Virus record (IMG/VR): IMGVR_UViG_2061766007_000271
DNA from: an uncultured virus (IMG/VR IMGVR_UViG_2061766007_000271)
Lineage: Duplodnaviria; Heunggongvirae; Uroviricota; Caudoviricetes
Reading direction: 5' to 3' (one strand)
Length of the DNA stretch: 64,000 nucleotides
In this document: positions 1-10,820 of the stretch, one piece after another
How positions within the stretch are numbered: position 1 is the stretch's first letter
How the letters are laid out: each line of letters starts with the position of its first letter
Notes under the pieces: model-generated
Told to the model about the DNA's origin: nothing
Seen by the model: the letters and a program-made list of their open reading frames with translations, nothing else
Database searches by the model: none
Program-made: the position numbers and the translations under genes

Positions 1-135
1 TAATATGACTTGTTTTTTGAAAAAGTCAACTTATTATACTAAAGAAAAATAAAGAAAAAGTAAAATAATTGAAATTAATTTTTACTTATAAAATAGCTTT
101 CTATAAAAAAGAAATTTCAACAGGATAGAATAGAT

Positions 136-1014
136 ATGAAAAGCAAATTCAACAAGATAACCGAAAAACTCTTTCTTGCCCACGTAAAGAAAGCGAATTT
201 GACATTAAATATGGAAGAAGTGGAAAAGAATCAGCATGGTGTCCAAGTCGAACTAGACGGTCATTTCGACAAAGCCCCAATCACCGAATCGTTATCAGAG
301 GAAAACAAGAATCTGCACAATCTCGCTGAAGAATTCGCAAACGCATTGTGGGACTACAAAAAAGAGAATCCGAACGACGACTTGCTCGATGAATTATCGA
401 AAGACGACCTGAATCCGAACAAATACGAGCTTGTCCATGACGAGAACAAAAACAAGATGTACTTGTTCGTTCCGTTCACATCCTTGTATGAATCAAAGGG
501 CAAACAGCACGAAGCTATTTTTGAAGATACATACAATAATATCCAGAACGCATTCAGGGAATTCATCAAAGAAGACTTGGCACTTTACCGCGTCAATCCG
601 AATACGAGCATTTCATTCTTCACGAAAGAACGTGGAGCCACTAACAATATTGAAGGATATGCAGTCACGTTTGAAATCGAAAATGTTTGCAGTAAGAACA
701 ATGACAGCCTTACCACAACAGTATCCATGAACATCAAGAAAGGTCAGGAAGTCATTTTCGACAACGATGCCAGAAACACATTTGAATTCAGCAGATACGA
801 CATCAAGAAGGCATCCACGCACGACGACCAGAAAATCACATTCACTCCTTACAAGGGAATCGCCTCGTTCTTCCACAGCGTGTCCCAAAGCGAAAAAGCA
901 TTTAAGGAACTGGAGGATAAAATCAAGAGACTGCAAGCCGACGTAAGGCAGTTCATGTGGAAGTCGATAGACTTGTTAATGAGGTCGTTCAAGGAAGAAA
1001 CCAGTTCAAAATAG
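136..1014 (+). CDS. hypothetical protein (292 aa)
   Basis: Long ORF with AGGA RBS-like motif, followed by a terminator hairpin. Confidence 0.8.
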   Translation: MKSKFNKITEKLFLAHVKKANLTLNMEEVEKNQHGVQVELDGHFDKAPITESLSEENKNLHNLAEEFANALWDYKKENPNDDLLDELSKDDLNPNKYELVHDENKNKMYLFVPFTSLYESKGKQHEAIFEDTYNNIQNAFREFIKEDLALYRVNPNTSISFFTKERGATNNIEGYAVTFEIENVCSKNNDSLTTTVSMNIKKGQEVIFDNDARNTFEFSRYDIKKASTHDDQKITFTPYKGIASFFHSVSQSEKAFKELEDKIKRLQADVRQFMWKSIDLLMRSFKEETSSK

Positions 1015-1039
1015 CATAACGCATACAATCCAGATTGTA

Positions 1040-1068
1040 AAAGCCAGCAAACATTTGCTGGCTTTTTT
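1040..1068 (+). terminator. intrinsic terminator
   Basis: AAAGCCAGCAAA-CA-TTTGCTGGCTTT hairpin running into a T tract. Confidence 0.8.
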
Positions 1069-1293
1069 GTTTCATAAAGTAAAATAAATAAAATGGATGC
1101 TTTTTCAAAGGGAATTATATACTTTAGCTTCCGACTTGACAGGATGGACAGAATTATCACAGGTGAATTCCAGCATCATGTTTCATACAGGGAACTTATC
1201 GCACAGTCAATTTTTCGTTTATTCTTATGAGTATAAATAGTATTGGTGTTTTTTTGAAGTTGATTCTATTATAACAAACAAGGAACAAAAACA

Positions 1294-2022
1294 ATGAACA
1301 GGAACATCAAAATAGCAAAGCAATTGATAGGGTTGGCAAAAGACTTGCTTATGGACACGAACATCACCGTCACTAATGATGGAAGTAAAGAGAGTAATTA
1401 TTCGATTAATTATGCTATGAATGGAAATATTGCCAACAAACCTGGCAAATATAATAATTTCTCTGGCCATATTGATTGGAAGAATATCAATGGATGGGTG
1501 GAAAATGCGATATTTGAGTTAAATGAAGGAACGATTTCAATTACTTTTGAAAAAGGTACTTGGTATAATGGTACTTGGGAAAATGGTATTTGGGAAGGTG
1601 GCATTTGGAGAGGTGGCACTTGGAAAAATGGTACTTGGAAATATGGCTCTTGGAAAGGTGGTACTTGGGAAAATGGTCATTGGTATAGAGGCGATTGGTA
1701 TAATGGCATTTGGAAAGGTGGAATTTGGGAAAATGGCACTTGGTGGAATGGTACTTGGGAAAAAGGCACTTGGAAAAATGGTGCTTGGTGGAATGGCACT
1801 TGGGAAAATGGTACTTGGGAATATGGTGGTTGGATAGATGGCACTTGGAAAAATGGTACTTGGGAATATGGCATTTGGAAAAAAGGCATTTGGGAAAAAG
1901 GCATTTGGGAATATGGTGTTTGGGAATATGGTGTTTGGGAAGATGGCACTTGGGAAGGTGGAAAAGATAGGAAGGGCAATGAGCATGGAGCAGGCGACAG
2001 CCCTGACAAATGGAAAAAATAA
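1294..2022 (+). CDS. Trp-rich pentapeptide (W-x-x-G-x) repeat protein
   Basis: About 27 tandem WxxGx units (GTWEN, GIWKG, GTWKN); paralog at 19469-19981. Confidence 0.85.
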   Translation: MNRNIKIAKQLIGLAKDLLMDTNITVTNDGSKESNYSINYAMNGNIANKPGKYNNFSGHIDWKNINGWVENAIFELNEGTISITFEKGTWYNGTWENGIWEGGIWRGGTWKNGTWKYGSWKGGTWENGHWYRGDWYNGIWKGGIWENGTWWNGTWEKGTWKNGAWWNGTWENGTWEYGGWIDGTWKNGTWEYGIWKKGIWEKGIWEYGVWEYGVWEDGTWEGGKDRKGNEHGAGDSPDKWKK

Positions 2023-2030
2023 GTTTTAAA

Positions 2031-2105
2031 ATGAATAAAACATCCAGAATCATCTTGGCGAAGGAACTAATCTATTGTGCGAGGATGGTTCTGGATGAAA
2101 AATAA
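2031..2105 (+). CDS. putative 24-aa micropeptide MNKTSRIILAKELIYCARMVLDEK
   Basis: Short ORF just after the W-repeat gene; resembles that protein's N-terminal IAKQLIGLAKDLL motif. Confidence 0.4.
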   Translation: MNKTSRIILAKELIYCARMVLDEK

Positions 2106-2206
2106 GCCATGAAATAGATTATACAATTTAGTTCTTTTAATTTATATAATAGAAAACTAAAGTATATAATTCCCTTTTCAAATGTATTTAAAGGAGTAAA
2201 ATTGCA

Positions 2207-5200
2207 ATGGGCTTGAAATTCGCTCGCTTAGGATGGATATACAATGATGCCTGGCATTGGAACCAGACCAAGACATTATACGAAGATGTAAACGGGCATC
2301 GGGTGTACACGGATGCCTCAAAACACTGCCATCAGCGGGGGCACGTGCATCTGTTCCTCCCCACGGTCAAATTCTCTCCAAACGGCTCGTCGTTGGCATA
2401 CTGGGGTGAACAGACATACCATTTCCACATCACGGACGAATGGGGACCAAATTCAGGAGACCCGTCGCAGAACAAATCCGTCAGGCTCATCGGAAAACCG
2501 ATATGGTACGTCTATGTGGAAGAATACTGGAGGAGGTTCTACGTCCAGCCGTGGGACATGGTGGACGAGACATGCGACCTGCCATTGAATCAGGAAATCA
2601 CCTATACGCAACGCGACCTCGACGGATACTGCCATGAATGCATCGCGAATGTCAGCAAATGGGGAAGGACAATCGACATGCACAAGTCGTACATATTCAA
2701 ACATGTAAATGGAGTAAAAACGATACTCACGGAGCTTACCGATTTCCAATTGGACGGACAGGACGGGTTCGACGTGTCTGGCTATACATACCAGCAGGAA
2801 GAACACAGCGGGATGGATTCGGAAGATACGCCGTATCTTGGATTTAACGACTTTGTACGTTATCACATGCGTAAGAATGCAAGGGAGATTTTCATCCAGA
2901 AACCCGTATATAAAGTGCTGTTCACGCAATGGGTCGCCAGAAATTATCTCTCTGACTATATAACCGTTGACGAATCTGGGAACATCACCCCGAAGACGCA
3001 ATATGTCAACATCAACACAATCAACAGCTATATCGACAGCCATCATTATTTTCTCCACGGTACGTTTATTGAGACATCCAGCGGAATCGTGCTCAACGAC
3101 CCAATTCCAGACAAGGCGGTGATACAATTCCTGTATGCGATTGAAACAGTGTCGGAAACAATAAAGGAGACAGGCAAGGAAGACCGTGTTGTTGAAACTG
3201 AAATCCAGTACATCAGGGATTTCAACGAGTTCTACGTCAACAACATGCAGGCTTACGACAACTACGTGGATTCGCAGACCATGTTGGACGAATACATGTC
3301 CATCAACAATATCCAGATGAAGGAGGGAAGCAAGCTGAGCACGGATGGTACGGTGCTTGTTCCAGACGACAACACGCTGGGGCATGTCGGCATCCGATTC
3401 GACGCGAGCAAGCCGTGCCACACCCTTGGTCCATTCATGGAAGGAGGGGAATTCTATTTCTTCAATACGGTCGTAAACCGCACGATGCCATGCGAATACT
3501 GGCTTGACAAGGAGATGCGCACACGCCAGTATTTCATCAAACAGAAATGGACTCCTACGACCGATACGAACGGCGGTCAGACATGGACGTTCGACGGCGA
3601 CAAAACGCATTTCAAATGGGTGCCGAACCTGTTTTCAGACGCGCAGAAGATGCTGAAGGACGAGTACACGGAGGACAGGGGTTCAAATTACTATCCCATC
3701 AGGCGTTTGCCGAACATCTACAACGAGGAAAACTACAATTGCAGGGGGATGAATGCCAAACGCCTGAAGAGCGACGGAAGGGGCGGTGAACCGAGCAACG
3801 ACATCGTACCGCAGGACAAGTACCAGGTAAGCGCACAGACCAAGCAACGCCAGCCAGACCCGACAGCCCCACGCCATGTGACCTACACTGAAACCGACAT
3901 CACCATCGAACCTCTGGAAGAAGCGACGGAAATACAGCCACACGTCAACGAAGTCAAGCATCTGGAATGGGAGTACGGCGGATGGACGGGATGGTACGAG
4001 AAGAACGAAATGGTGAAATGCGTCACGGACGGAAAATGGTACAAACGCGCATGGAGTCCAATCAACTACACGAAGGATTCCCCATTGTGGAACAGGACGA
4101 AGAGACAACAATTCCCGAACCCCTCCCCGTGGCTGTGCGACAATGCGAACAATCCTTATTCGCAGGAGACGAAAGGAAGGTTGAAGGGATTGCAACACGT
4201 CAAATCGACATGGTGCACGAACATGGTATATGATAACGACGAAGCCAACAGAATCCATCTTCTGCATTGGGAATACGCGCTTTACTTCAATCTCACCAGA
4301 CAGTATCCGCGTGACTTCAACTTCGCGGAGGACGACGGTGCCTCGTTGAGAAGACACTTTTTCCTGTTCTCCACTCCGTCGACCAATCCTGTGAACAACG
4401 TATTATTCGTCAAAGTGAAAATCAGCGACGGGACATACACTCCCCCCGTCCCTACAAACGGATACGACGACGGAGACATCAATTACTACATCAACAAACA
4501 GAAGATATTGGACAAAATCCCATTCGGTGAAATACCAGCAGACATCGAGACGCTCATGGAGGAATATGCGGAGCAGAACGGCGCGATAACCAGCATCGAG
4601 ACGGAAAACGCCGTGTTCGAGAACTGGCTGTCGTCACTCGGCTCGGCATTCTTCATGTTGTATGAAGACAGGGACATCAGATGGCATTACCTGAATGAAA
4701 GCCATACGCAGAAACGGGAAATCACGCAAGCCGACATCAGGAACGGGAACATGTATGTCACGAATGTGACCCACGACGGAACGGAAGTGCTAGCCCCTCT
4801 CCCAGAGCCAGAATTCACGGTGTCATACGGAAGCAGGACGGAATACGGGGAAGATGAGTCGCAGTTGTATTACTGGCAGTCATACCTGACATTCAATGAC
4901 TTCAAGAATATCTGGGAACCATTGACGCAGGAGCAGATAACGGCTTTGAGGCTCAACGGCGATGTCCCGCAACGCAATGAAGAACCGTACTACATGCCAG
5001 ACAACATATATCCAGAGACGGCAAACGAATCAGATTCATCAGAGGAAACAACATACAAACGGAATGCCCTGAAAGCACTTGAGGAGCATCTGGAGGACGA
5101 ACAATCCCCGTCGTTGCTTACCACTGAATTCTTCCCGCGCATAGATACGATAATCAGGGCTGAAAACGAACGCAGGAGGAATCAGCCACAATTCACCGTA

Positions 5201-6655
5201 TCTCCATTGGATGAGCTTGAAACGGATTCCCCGTCTGGAAAATCACTGTCCGCCATCATTTCAAGCGGTGCTCCACTCGACCCGTACCGCAACGGGACTG
5301 TCAACCCCATCGAGACATGGAAGAAGTATTTCGACCACAGGGAGGAATTCACGATTCCAGAGGAAACGACCGCTGGTGGGGACGGAGGAAACCAAAGCAA
5401 CACATATGTCCAGACAGATGAAATGAATTCATCAACCATCACACTGGGGACGCAGATGCTGAATCCGAAAGGCTCTCAGAACTACCCAAGTGTACATCCG
5501 CGTGAGACATCGTTTCATCATGAGGACGGCGCGAGAAGGCATTATCCAGACGACATGTTCGTAAGCCCAGTGCTGGAATACCAGAAAATTATTAGACGTG
5601 ACTATGGAAGACTGCCTGGAAAGGATGATGAAGAGCAATTCCTGCAAGCCAATTGGAAGACCGACAAGACGGGAAACTGGGGCGACGGCTTCGACATCAC
5701 CGTGACGATACCGTGGAAGGAACATGGGGAAGTCCAATCTCCATTTTCAGAAGGAGACAATATAACCCAGCCAATAGGCACATACTGCCATAATTGTATA
5801 AAACCAGAAGACAAGATGCGCTATCATCTGGAATGGTACGATTCGCTAGACCAGATACGGAAATACGATTTCCCCAACTACGTCAATATCATTCATGCAT
5901 TCCAGAAAGAGTGTATGCCGACTTCATACACCCCTCCCCAGCCACCAGACGGGCAACAGGCGAATGAATCATCGACATACCAGTTCACGGACGAGAACAA
6001 CAACACGTATACGGCGGACATCACGGATTTCACGCAGTCGTTATACAAGGAAGATTTCAACGATTATGAGAAAACGAAGACACTCAGGGCGACAGAGCTG
6101 AAATCCAACAACGGGGTGTACAATCTTCCAGAACTTGCGCAGTACAATGCACAGCGTCTTGCAGAGAACCCGAATGCAAAGACGTATTCCAAATGGCAGG
6201 AGGCGTTGGACGACTACTGGATTAGAATCAACGGCAATGATGTGACACCGCATCAGAACATCTACATCGACCGCCCTGTAGTCAGGGGATACGATTGCAA
6301 AGGAAATCAAGTGGAGGAGAATGCGTTTGAAAGACTGGAGGATGGAAGCATCATGTGGAGGGAACAGACAACGAACCTGTTGCCGACAATCGAAATGCAG
6401 ACAAGTGAAAACCGAGTGGGCAAATATACGGATTCAAAAGGAAACATCGTCAAAGGAGGAGGACTCGTGACATTCAATGACCCGTATAAAGACCACCACG
6501 ACGGTAAATGGTACGAAGAATGTTTAGGTGCTATAGTTCGTGCTCGTTGTGTTTTGATTTTGGAAGATGCACTTGGATACCGCTGGCAACAGGTGGTCGA
6601 AGCCACGGCATTGCAACCCGACCAGCCAATCAGAGGCAAGGATTATGTAGAATAG
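2207..6655 (+). CDS. very large hypothetical protein (1482 aa), possibly virion structural
   Basis: Uninterrupted ORF with AAGGAG RBS; acidic and rich in aromatic residues, Thr and Asn; no recognised domain. Confidence 0.8.
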   Translation: MGLKFARLGWIYNDAWHWNQTKTLYEDVNGHRVYTDASKHCHQRGHVHLFLPTVKFSPNGSSLAYWGEQTYHFHITDEWGPNSGDPSQNKSVRLIGKPIWYVYVEEYWRRFYVQPWDMVDETCDLPLNQEITYTQRDLDGYCHECIANVSKWGRTIDMHKSYIFKHVNGVKTILTELTDFQLDGQDGFDVSGYTYQQEEHSGMDSEDTPYLGFNDFVRYHMRKNAREIFIQKPVYKVLFTQWVARNYLSDYITVDESGNITPKTQYVNINTINSYIDSHHYFLHGTFIETSSGIVLNDPIPDKAVIQFLYAIETVSETIKETGKEDRVVETEIQYIRDFNEFYVNNMQAYDNYVDSQTMLDEYMSINNIQMKEGSKLSTDGTVLVPDDNTLGHVGIRFDASKPCHTLGPFMEGGEFYFFNTVVNRTMPCEYWLDKEMRTRQYFIKQKWTPTTDTNGGQTWTFDGDKTHFKWVPNLFSDAQKMLKDEYTEDRGSNYYPIRRLPNIYNEENYNCRGMNAKRLKSDGRGGEPSNDIVPQDKYQVSAQTKQRQPDPTAPRHVTYTETDITIEPLEEATEIQPHVNEVKHLEWEYGGWTGWYEKNEMVKCVTDGKWYKRAWSPINYTKDSPLWNRTKRQQFPNPSPWLCDNANNPYSQETKGRLKGLQHVKSTWCTNMVYDNDEANRIHLLHWEYALYFNLTRQYPRDFNFAEDDGASLRRHFFLFSTPSTNPVNNVLFVKVKISDGTYTPPVPTNGYDDGDINYYINKQKILDKIPFGEIPADIETLMEEYAEQNGAITSIETENAVFENWLSSLGSAFFMLYEDRDIRWHYLNESHTQKREITQADIRNGNMYVTNVTHDGTEVLAPLPEPEFTVSYGSRTEYGEDESQLYYWQSYLTFNDFKNIWEPLTQEQITALRLNGDVPQRNEEPYYMPDNIYPETANESDSSEETTYKRNALKALEEHLEDEQSPSLLTTEFFPRIDTIIRAENERRRNQPQFTVSPLDELETDSPSGKSLSAIISSGAPLDPYRNGTVNPIETWKKYFDHREEFTIPEETTAGGDGGNQSNTYVQTDEMNSSTITLGTQMLNPKGSQNYPSVHPRETSFHHEDGARRHYPDDMFVSPVLEYQKIIRRDYGRLPGKDDEEQFLQANWKTDKTGNWGDGFDITVTIPWKEHGEVQSPFSEGDNITQPIGTYCHNCIKPEDKMRYHLEWYDSLDQIRKYDFPNYVNIIHAFQKECMPTSYTPPQPPDGQQANESSTYQFTDENNNTYTADITDFTQSLYKEDFNDYEKTKTLRATELKSNNGVYNLPELAQYNAQRLAENPNAKTYSKWQEALDDYWIRINGNDVTPHQNIYIDRPVVRGYDCKGNQVEENAFERLEDGSIMWREQTTNLLPTIEMQTSENRVGKYTDSKGNIVKGGGLVTFNDPYKDHHDGKWYEECLGAIVRARCVLILEDALGYRWQQVVEATALQPDQPIRGKDYVE

Positions 6656-6683
6656 TCCCTCCCCCCCATACAGGAGATATTTG

Positions 6684-7049
6684 ATGCAATTGAAAGATAT
6701 TAAAAAATACCGTGGCTATATGCCTGTCAGGATGGAACGTGAAGACACGCTGGAATGGATTGGGCAACTGATAGGCGGTGATTGGCTGGACAAACTATGG
6801 CTTGGAAAATATGGCGGTTATCACGAAGTCAGATACCGTTTTGGTGATATTCAGGAAGCGCAATTCTATATGAAAGACAAATCATGGAAAGGCATTTCCA
6901 TATCCATGTGGCTAAAATTCAGCGAGATGGACAGGGATGCGCTGGATGAGGAATGCTGGAAGTGGATATTGGATGAAAGAAAGTCTTGCGGTGCGGTCAT
7001 GAAGAAAGCGAAAGCCGTCAGTAAATCCGCTGGACTGCTTGACCTGTAA
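6684..7049 (+). CDS. hypothetical protein
   Basis: ORF with AGGAG RBS. Confidence 0.7.
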   Translation: MQLKDIKKYRGYMPVRMEREDTLEWIGQLIGGDWLDKLWLGKYGGYHEVRYRFGDIQEAQFYMKDKSWKGISISMWLKFSEMDRDALDEECWKWILDERKSCGAVMKKAKAVSKSAGLLDL

Positions 7050-7051
7050 AC

Positions 7052-7091
7052 AAAAAAAATAGCCGTGGGTTGGCAAATCCACGGCTATTTT
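7052..7091. terminator. bidirectional intrinsic terminator
   Basis: AAAATAGCCGTGG...CCACGGCTATTTT between convergent genes. Confidence 0.8.
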
Positions 7092-7098
7092 CATTTTG

Positions 7099-9345
7099 TC
7101 ACTTCCTACGTCCATATGTAATGATTTCGGAAGTCTTGCGGAAGAAAGCATCCGTCATTTCATCGACTGATTCGAGGTACACGAAGTAATCCTTTCCGTA
7201 GAACTTCTTAGGCGCATCCGTACCGATGCCGAAAGCGTACACTTCGACATTGTTATCCCTGCACAGCTTGACCGTATCGGTCAGGTTCTTGTAGAGAAGA
7301 GAATCACTGCAACTGCCGTAGTCATTCGGGAGACCATCGGAGAAGACGAGGATGATGTGACGTTGCGTTTTCTGCTGGATGTTGCGCTTGAACGTTTCCA
7401 GCAATGCTTCACCATCGATGTTGCAACTGTATGCGCTGATGGAACCAAGACGGTACTTTTCAGCTTGGTAACGCTCGTTGAAGTTCTTGTGCTCGTACAT
7501 GACGAGTTTGGAAGTCCTGCTGAACTTGCTGTAATCAGTGTAAGACAGCTTGCGACCACCATTTTCACAGGTGTGTCCGAGGACTTCAAACTTGATGCCG
7601 ATACGTTCTAGGACTTCGCAGAACGCGATGACGATTTTGCGGAATTCAGGCGCGAGTTCACAGCAAGAACCCGATTCGTCAATGAGAATTGACACGCTTG
7701 TATCAAGGGAAATCCCCTTGATGACTTTCGTGAAGATGTTGTTTGTAAGGGATTTGGCGATGTTGGTCGCGTTGCGCTGGACATTCAGCATTCCCTTGTC
7801 GTAATTGTAGATGGTGCGATTTCTCGAAAGTGTCTTCAAGCATTGTTGGAGATAGGATGACAACTTGGAAGTTGCTCCACGGATGCTACTGAACGCCATG
7901 TCGAAGTTCATCTGATTCTTCTTAGCAGGGATGACTTCATCCTCAGCCGTGTAGGGAATGTATTTTCCGAACACTTTTTTGGATTCGTCAAAGATGCGTT
8001 TCAGTTCCGCCCTGATTTCATCCTTTTCCTCATCGTTGTCGATGAAATCATCTTCGAGAGATTTGTTTTCCTTTCCGCCACCATGAGGAATCTTCCATTT
8101 CGGATTCTTCACATTCGTGGTTTCGGACTCGTCATCGTCATCACCGTCATTGGAACGATTGTTCGATTTTCCGCTGGATGACTGATTTCCGTCAGAGGAA
8201 TCATCGGAATCTTCCCCATCCTGACCATTGCCATCAGAGGAACTACCATTACCATTTTCCTGACCGTCCTGACCGTCTTCGCCATCACCGTCAGAATCGC
8301 CATCTTCACCATTATCATCGGATTCGTTAGATGAAGAAGAATCTGATTTGTCTGACTTATCGGATTTGTTAGATTTGTTTCCGTCTTTTTCGTCTTCCTC
8401 ACCGTCACCGTCCTGACCATCGCCATTTTCAGACTTGTCGGACTTGTTTTTTCCATTGGACTTATTGGAATCGTTAGATTCGTTTCCCTGATTTTCATCA
8501 GAGCCGTTTTCTTCGGATTCCTTGCCGTCCTGAGATTTGGAAGACTTGGACTTCTTGTTCTGCTGATTATCCTGACCGTTGCTTTCAGAAGATTCACCAC
8601 CGTTCTGATTGTCGCTGGACTGACCGCCTTGCTGATTCTGCTGGTTGTTCTTCTGCTGATTCTGATTCTGCTGGTTGTTGTCACCAACACCGTTCTGATT
8701 CATGTCTTCGCGAGTTTCTTTCCACTTTTCAAGGATTTCATCCGCGATTTTTTCAATTGTCCTGAATCCGCGTTTGCTCGTGCAATCAGCTTCCATCCAC
8801 CGATTGTAAATCGGGAGTGCATCGTCAAAGTAACGCTTCGCGACAGGGGAGAGCATGCTGTACACTTCGGGGAATCCGAGAGCGTTGACATGGAGAGCCA
8901 CCATCGTCTCGTTGATAGGGTTCAGGCACTGGTATTTGCCTGTCTTGAAGTACGTCAGGTGCTTTTCGCAGTGATGACGGTTCGCTGAATCAAGGTCATC
9001 CTCGAAAACTTTGGACAGGGTTTTAAGACCACGCTCGATGCGCAGGTCTTCAAGGGAGTTGATGAGCCTGTGTCTCATGGGATTCTGCTTGGACTGGCTT
9101 TCAGTACCCAGTTCATCCAACGTGGGAGTGAAACGAGCATGACCGACCTCATGTTCGTTCGCAGCGCGAACAAGTTTGTCATCGGACGGATTAACAATTG
9201 TCGGAAAGACAGGGGTGTAGATGGTGCGGTTCTGCAAATCGCAATGCGGAACAACGTCATTTGAAATGTACTTGTGTTCCCACTTTCCAGCTTCCGAGCC
9301 GAGAATGAAGTGGTCGATTGCGTTGTTGGCGTTTTGTCTATCCAT
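7099..9345 (-). CDS. CobT-like VWA-domain protein with N-terminal HExxH motif and low-complexity D/S/N/Q/G linker
   Basis: HEVGH motif, NSLEDLRIER, MIDAS motif ILIDESGS, FSDGLP and VYAFGIG. Confidence 0.85.
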   Translation of the reverse strand: MDRQNANNAIDHFILGSEAGKWEHKYISNDVVPHCDLQNRTIYTPVFPTIVNPSDDKLVRAANEHEVGHARFTPTLDELGTESQSKQNPMRHRLINSLEDLRIERGLKTLSKVFEDDLDSANRHHCEKHLTYFKTGKYQCLNPINETMVALHVNALGFPEVYSMLSPVAKRYFDDALPIYNRWMEADCTSKRGFRTIEKIADEILEKWKETREDMNQNGVGDNNQQNQNQQKNNQQNQQGGQSSDNQNGGESSESNGQDNQQNKKSKSSKSQDGKESEENGSDENQGNESNDSNKSNGKNKSDKSENGDGQDGDGEEDEKDGNKSNKSDKSDKSDSSSSNESDDNGEDGDSDGDGEDGQDGQENGNGSSSDGNGQDGEDSDDSSDGNQSSSGKSNNRSNDGDDDDESETTNVKNPKWKIPHGGGKENKSLEDDFIDNDEEKDEIRAELKRIFDESKKVFGKYIPYTAEDEVIPAKKNQMNFDMAFSSIRGATSKLSSYLQQCLKTLSRNRTIYNYDKGMLNVQRNATNIAKSLTNNIFTKVIKGISLDTSVSILIDESGSCCELAPEFRKIVIAFCEVLERIGIKFEVLGHTCENGGRKLSYTDYSKFSRTSKLVMYEHKNFNERYQAEKYRLGSISAYSCNIDGEALLETFKRNIQQKTQRHIILVFSDGLPNDYGSCSDSLLYKNLTDTVKLCRDNNVEVYAFGIGTDAPKKFYGKDYFVYLESVDEMTDAFFRKTSEIITYGRRK

Positions 9346-9496
9346 TGTAAAATCTCCTTTATTGGTTGGTATTGTTTCCTGTTACAATCATAATATACAT
9401 CCATTTAAGGAAAATGCAACAGCGCAATGTAAATAAAATTGGGGAGGATGGAAAATTTTCCATCCTCCCCTGTCACCAACCACGGAGACAAAACTA

Positions 9497-10102
9497 TTAA
9501 AACGGTGCTTCTTCCGTTTTTTCCTCTACTTTCTCTTCTTCTTCATTCTCGAATGGGGGTTCATCGTACACATCGACAAACTGACCACGAGAAGCCAGCA
9601 ATGTGCGCTCTTCGCCATCATTGTTAAGAAGAATTGTCACGTATCTATTGCCGTCCACGTTCTTGACAAGATAGAAGCGAGACTTCTCGAAATCATTCAG
9701 ACCGTGAATGTCAGTCAGCAGGAACATCCGCTTGGTCTTGCGCTTTCTGACCGCTTTTGGTGCTTTATAGTCAGGATTCGTGGAATTGGTATTGTCTCTG
9801 ATTCTTCCGCTTGAAGAAGAATTGCCATTGGATTTCCTCACGTACAGACGGTAATCATTCGCATCGCCCTCGATTTTGTATTCCTTGCCATCGAAAGTAA
9901 GCGTACTCTCGCCACTCATGGAAGCCACACTCATCGCCTGCAACAAAACAGACAACTGATTCGGGTCTATGTCATCAATGTCAACCCGAACCCATTCCTC
10001 TTCTTCCATGTCCTGAGAGTTCATGGTGTCCGTATCATTCCATTGATAGTCATCGTCATCACCTGCATAAGTCGAATTTCTTCTTAGTCTTGCCATCGCC
10101 AT
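9497..10102 (-). CDS. hypothetical protein, divergent member of the FxKxxFY C-terminal domain family
   Basis: FEKSRFYLVK motif; own promoter and RBS. Confidence 0.75.
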   Translation of the reverse strand: MAMARLRRNSTYAGDDDDYQWNDTDTMNSQDMEEEEWVRVDIDDIDPNQLSVLLQAMSVASMSGESTLTFDGKEYKIEGDANDYRLYVRKSNGNSSSSGRIRDNTNSTNPDYKAPKAVRKRKTKRMFLLTDIHGLNDFEKSRFYLVKNVDGNRYVTILLNNDGEERTLLASRGQFVDVYDEPPFENEEEEKVEEKTEEAPF

Positions 10103-10196
10103 AGGTTCATTCTCCTTTGATTTAAAACCGTGTTGTTTATCGTCTTTCCCTTAATATACATCCATTTTCGACGAATGCAAATCGAATCGTGATTTT

Positions 10197-10820
10197 TTAT
10201 GCGGTTTCAATACGCGAAACGCCAACCGCCTGTCCTACCCTGTTCTTATCTATCAAAATCACAAACTTACTAGAGAACTGACCACATTTGACATAAAAAT
10301 GACCTTTTTTGAACTCACCAGCATTTTCCTTCATCTTGACTATCTGATGCTGGCTCGCCTGACAATTTTGAAGGAATTCGAAATCTTTCACTTTTTCATT
10401 CCATTCATCGACCAGCACTTTCAGGAATTCGCGATTATCCCATAATGTGATGGGCAGAAGAAACTGCTTTATGTCTTCAAAGTCTGATTTATTGAACACA
10501 GACCACCATGAAGTCCATTTGCTAGGCATGGATTCAAGCGAACGCACGATATTGTCATACATTTCCTTCAAAATGTTCCATCCATTGAACCGATTGCACT
10601 TGATGCAGGTTTCAATGACATCCCTAGGACTTGACATCTCCTTCACTTGTGAAAACGGTTTTCCGTTCACCATCATGCCATCGGTGGTTGCCTCTCCATG
10701 TATGGCAGAACCCTCTAGATTTCCCTTTCTTACCACATAAGCCCAATGCCATCCGCTTTTCGTCTCGAAAAGGACTTTGTATTCCAGATTTGGAAGATGA
10801 GTGCCATAATAGATTTTCAT
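10197..10820 (-). CDS. hypothetical protein, IVRM...FKKGxFY paralog family
   Basis: IVKM...FKKGHFYVKC. Confidence 0.8.
   Translation of the reverse strand: MKIYYGTHLPNLEYKVLFETKSGWHWAYVVRKGNLEGSAIHGEATTDGMMVNGKPFSQVKEMSSPRDVIETCIKCNRFNGWNILKEMYDNIVRSLESMPSKWTSWWSVFNKSDFEDIKQFLLPITLWDNREFLKVLVDEWNEKVKDFEFLQNCQASQHQIVKMKENAGEFKKGHFYVKCGQFSSKFVILIDKNRVGQAVGVSRIETA

Noticed and set aside
1410..2053. Several overlapping repetitive ORFs in other frames
   Set aside because: Shadows of the 15-nt periodic W-repeat gene.
8050..8700. Repetitive-looking DNA in the VWA gene
   Set aside because: Explained by the low-complexity protein linker.
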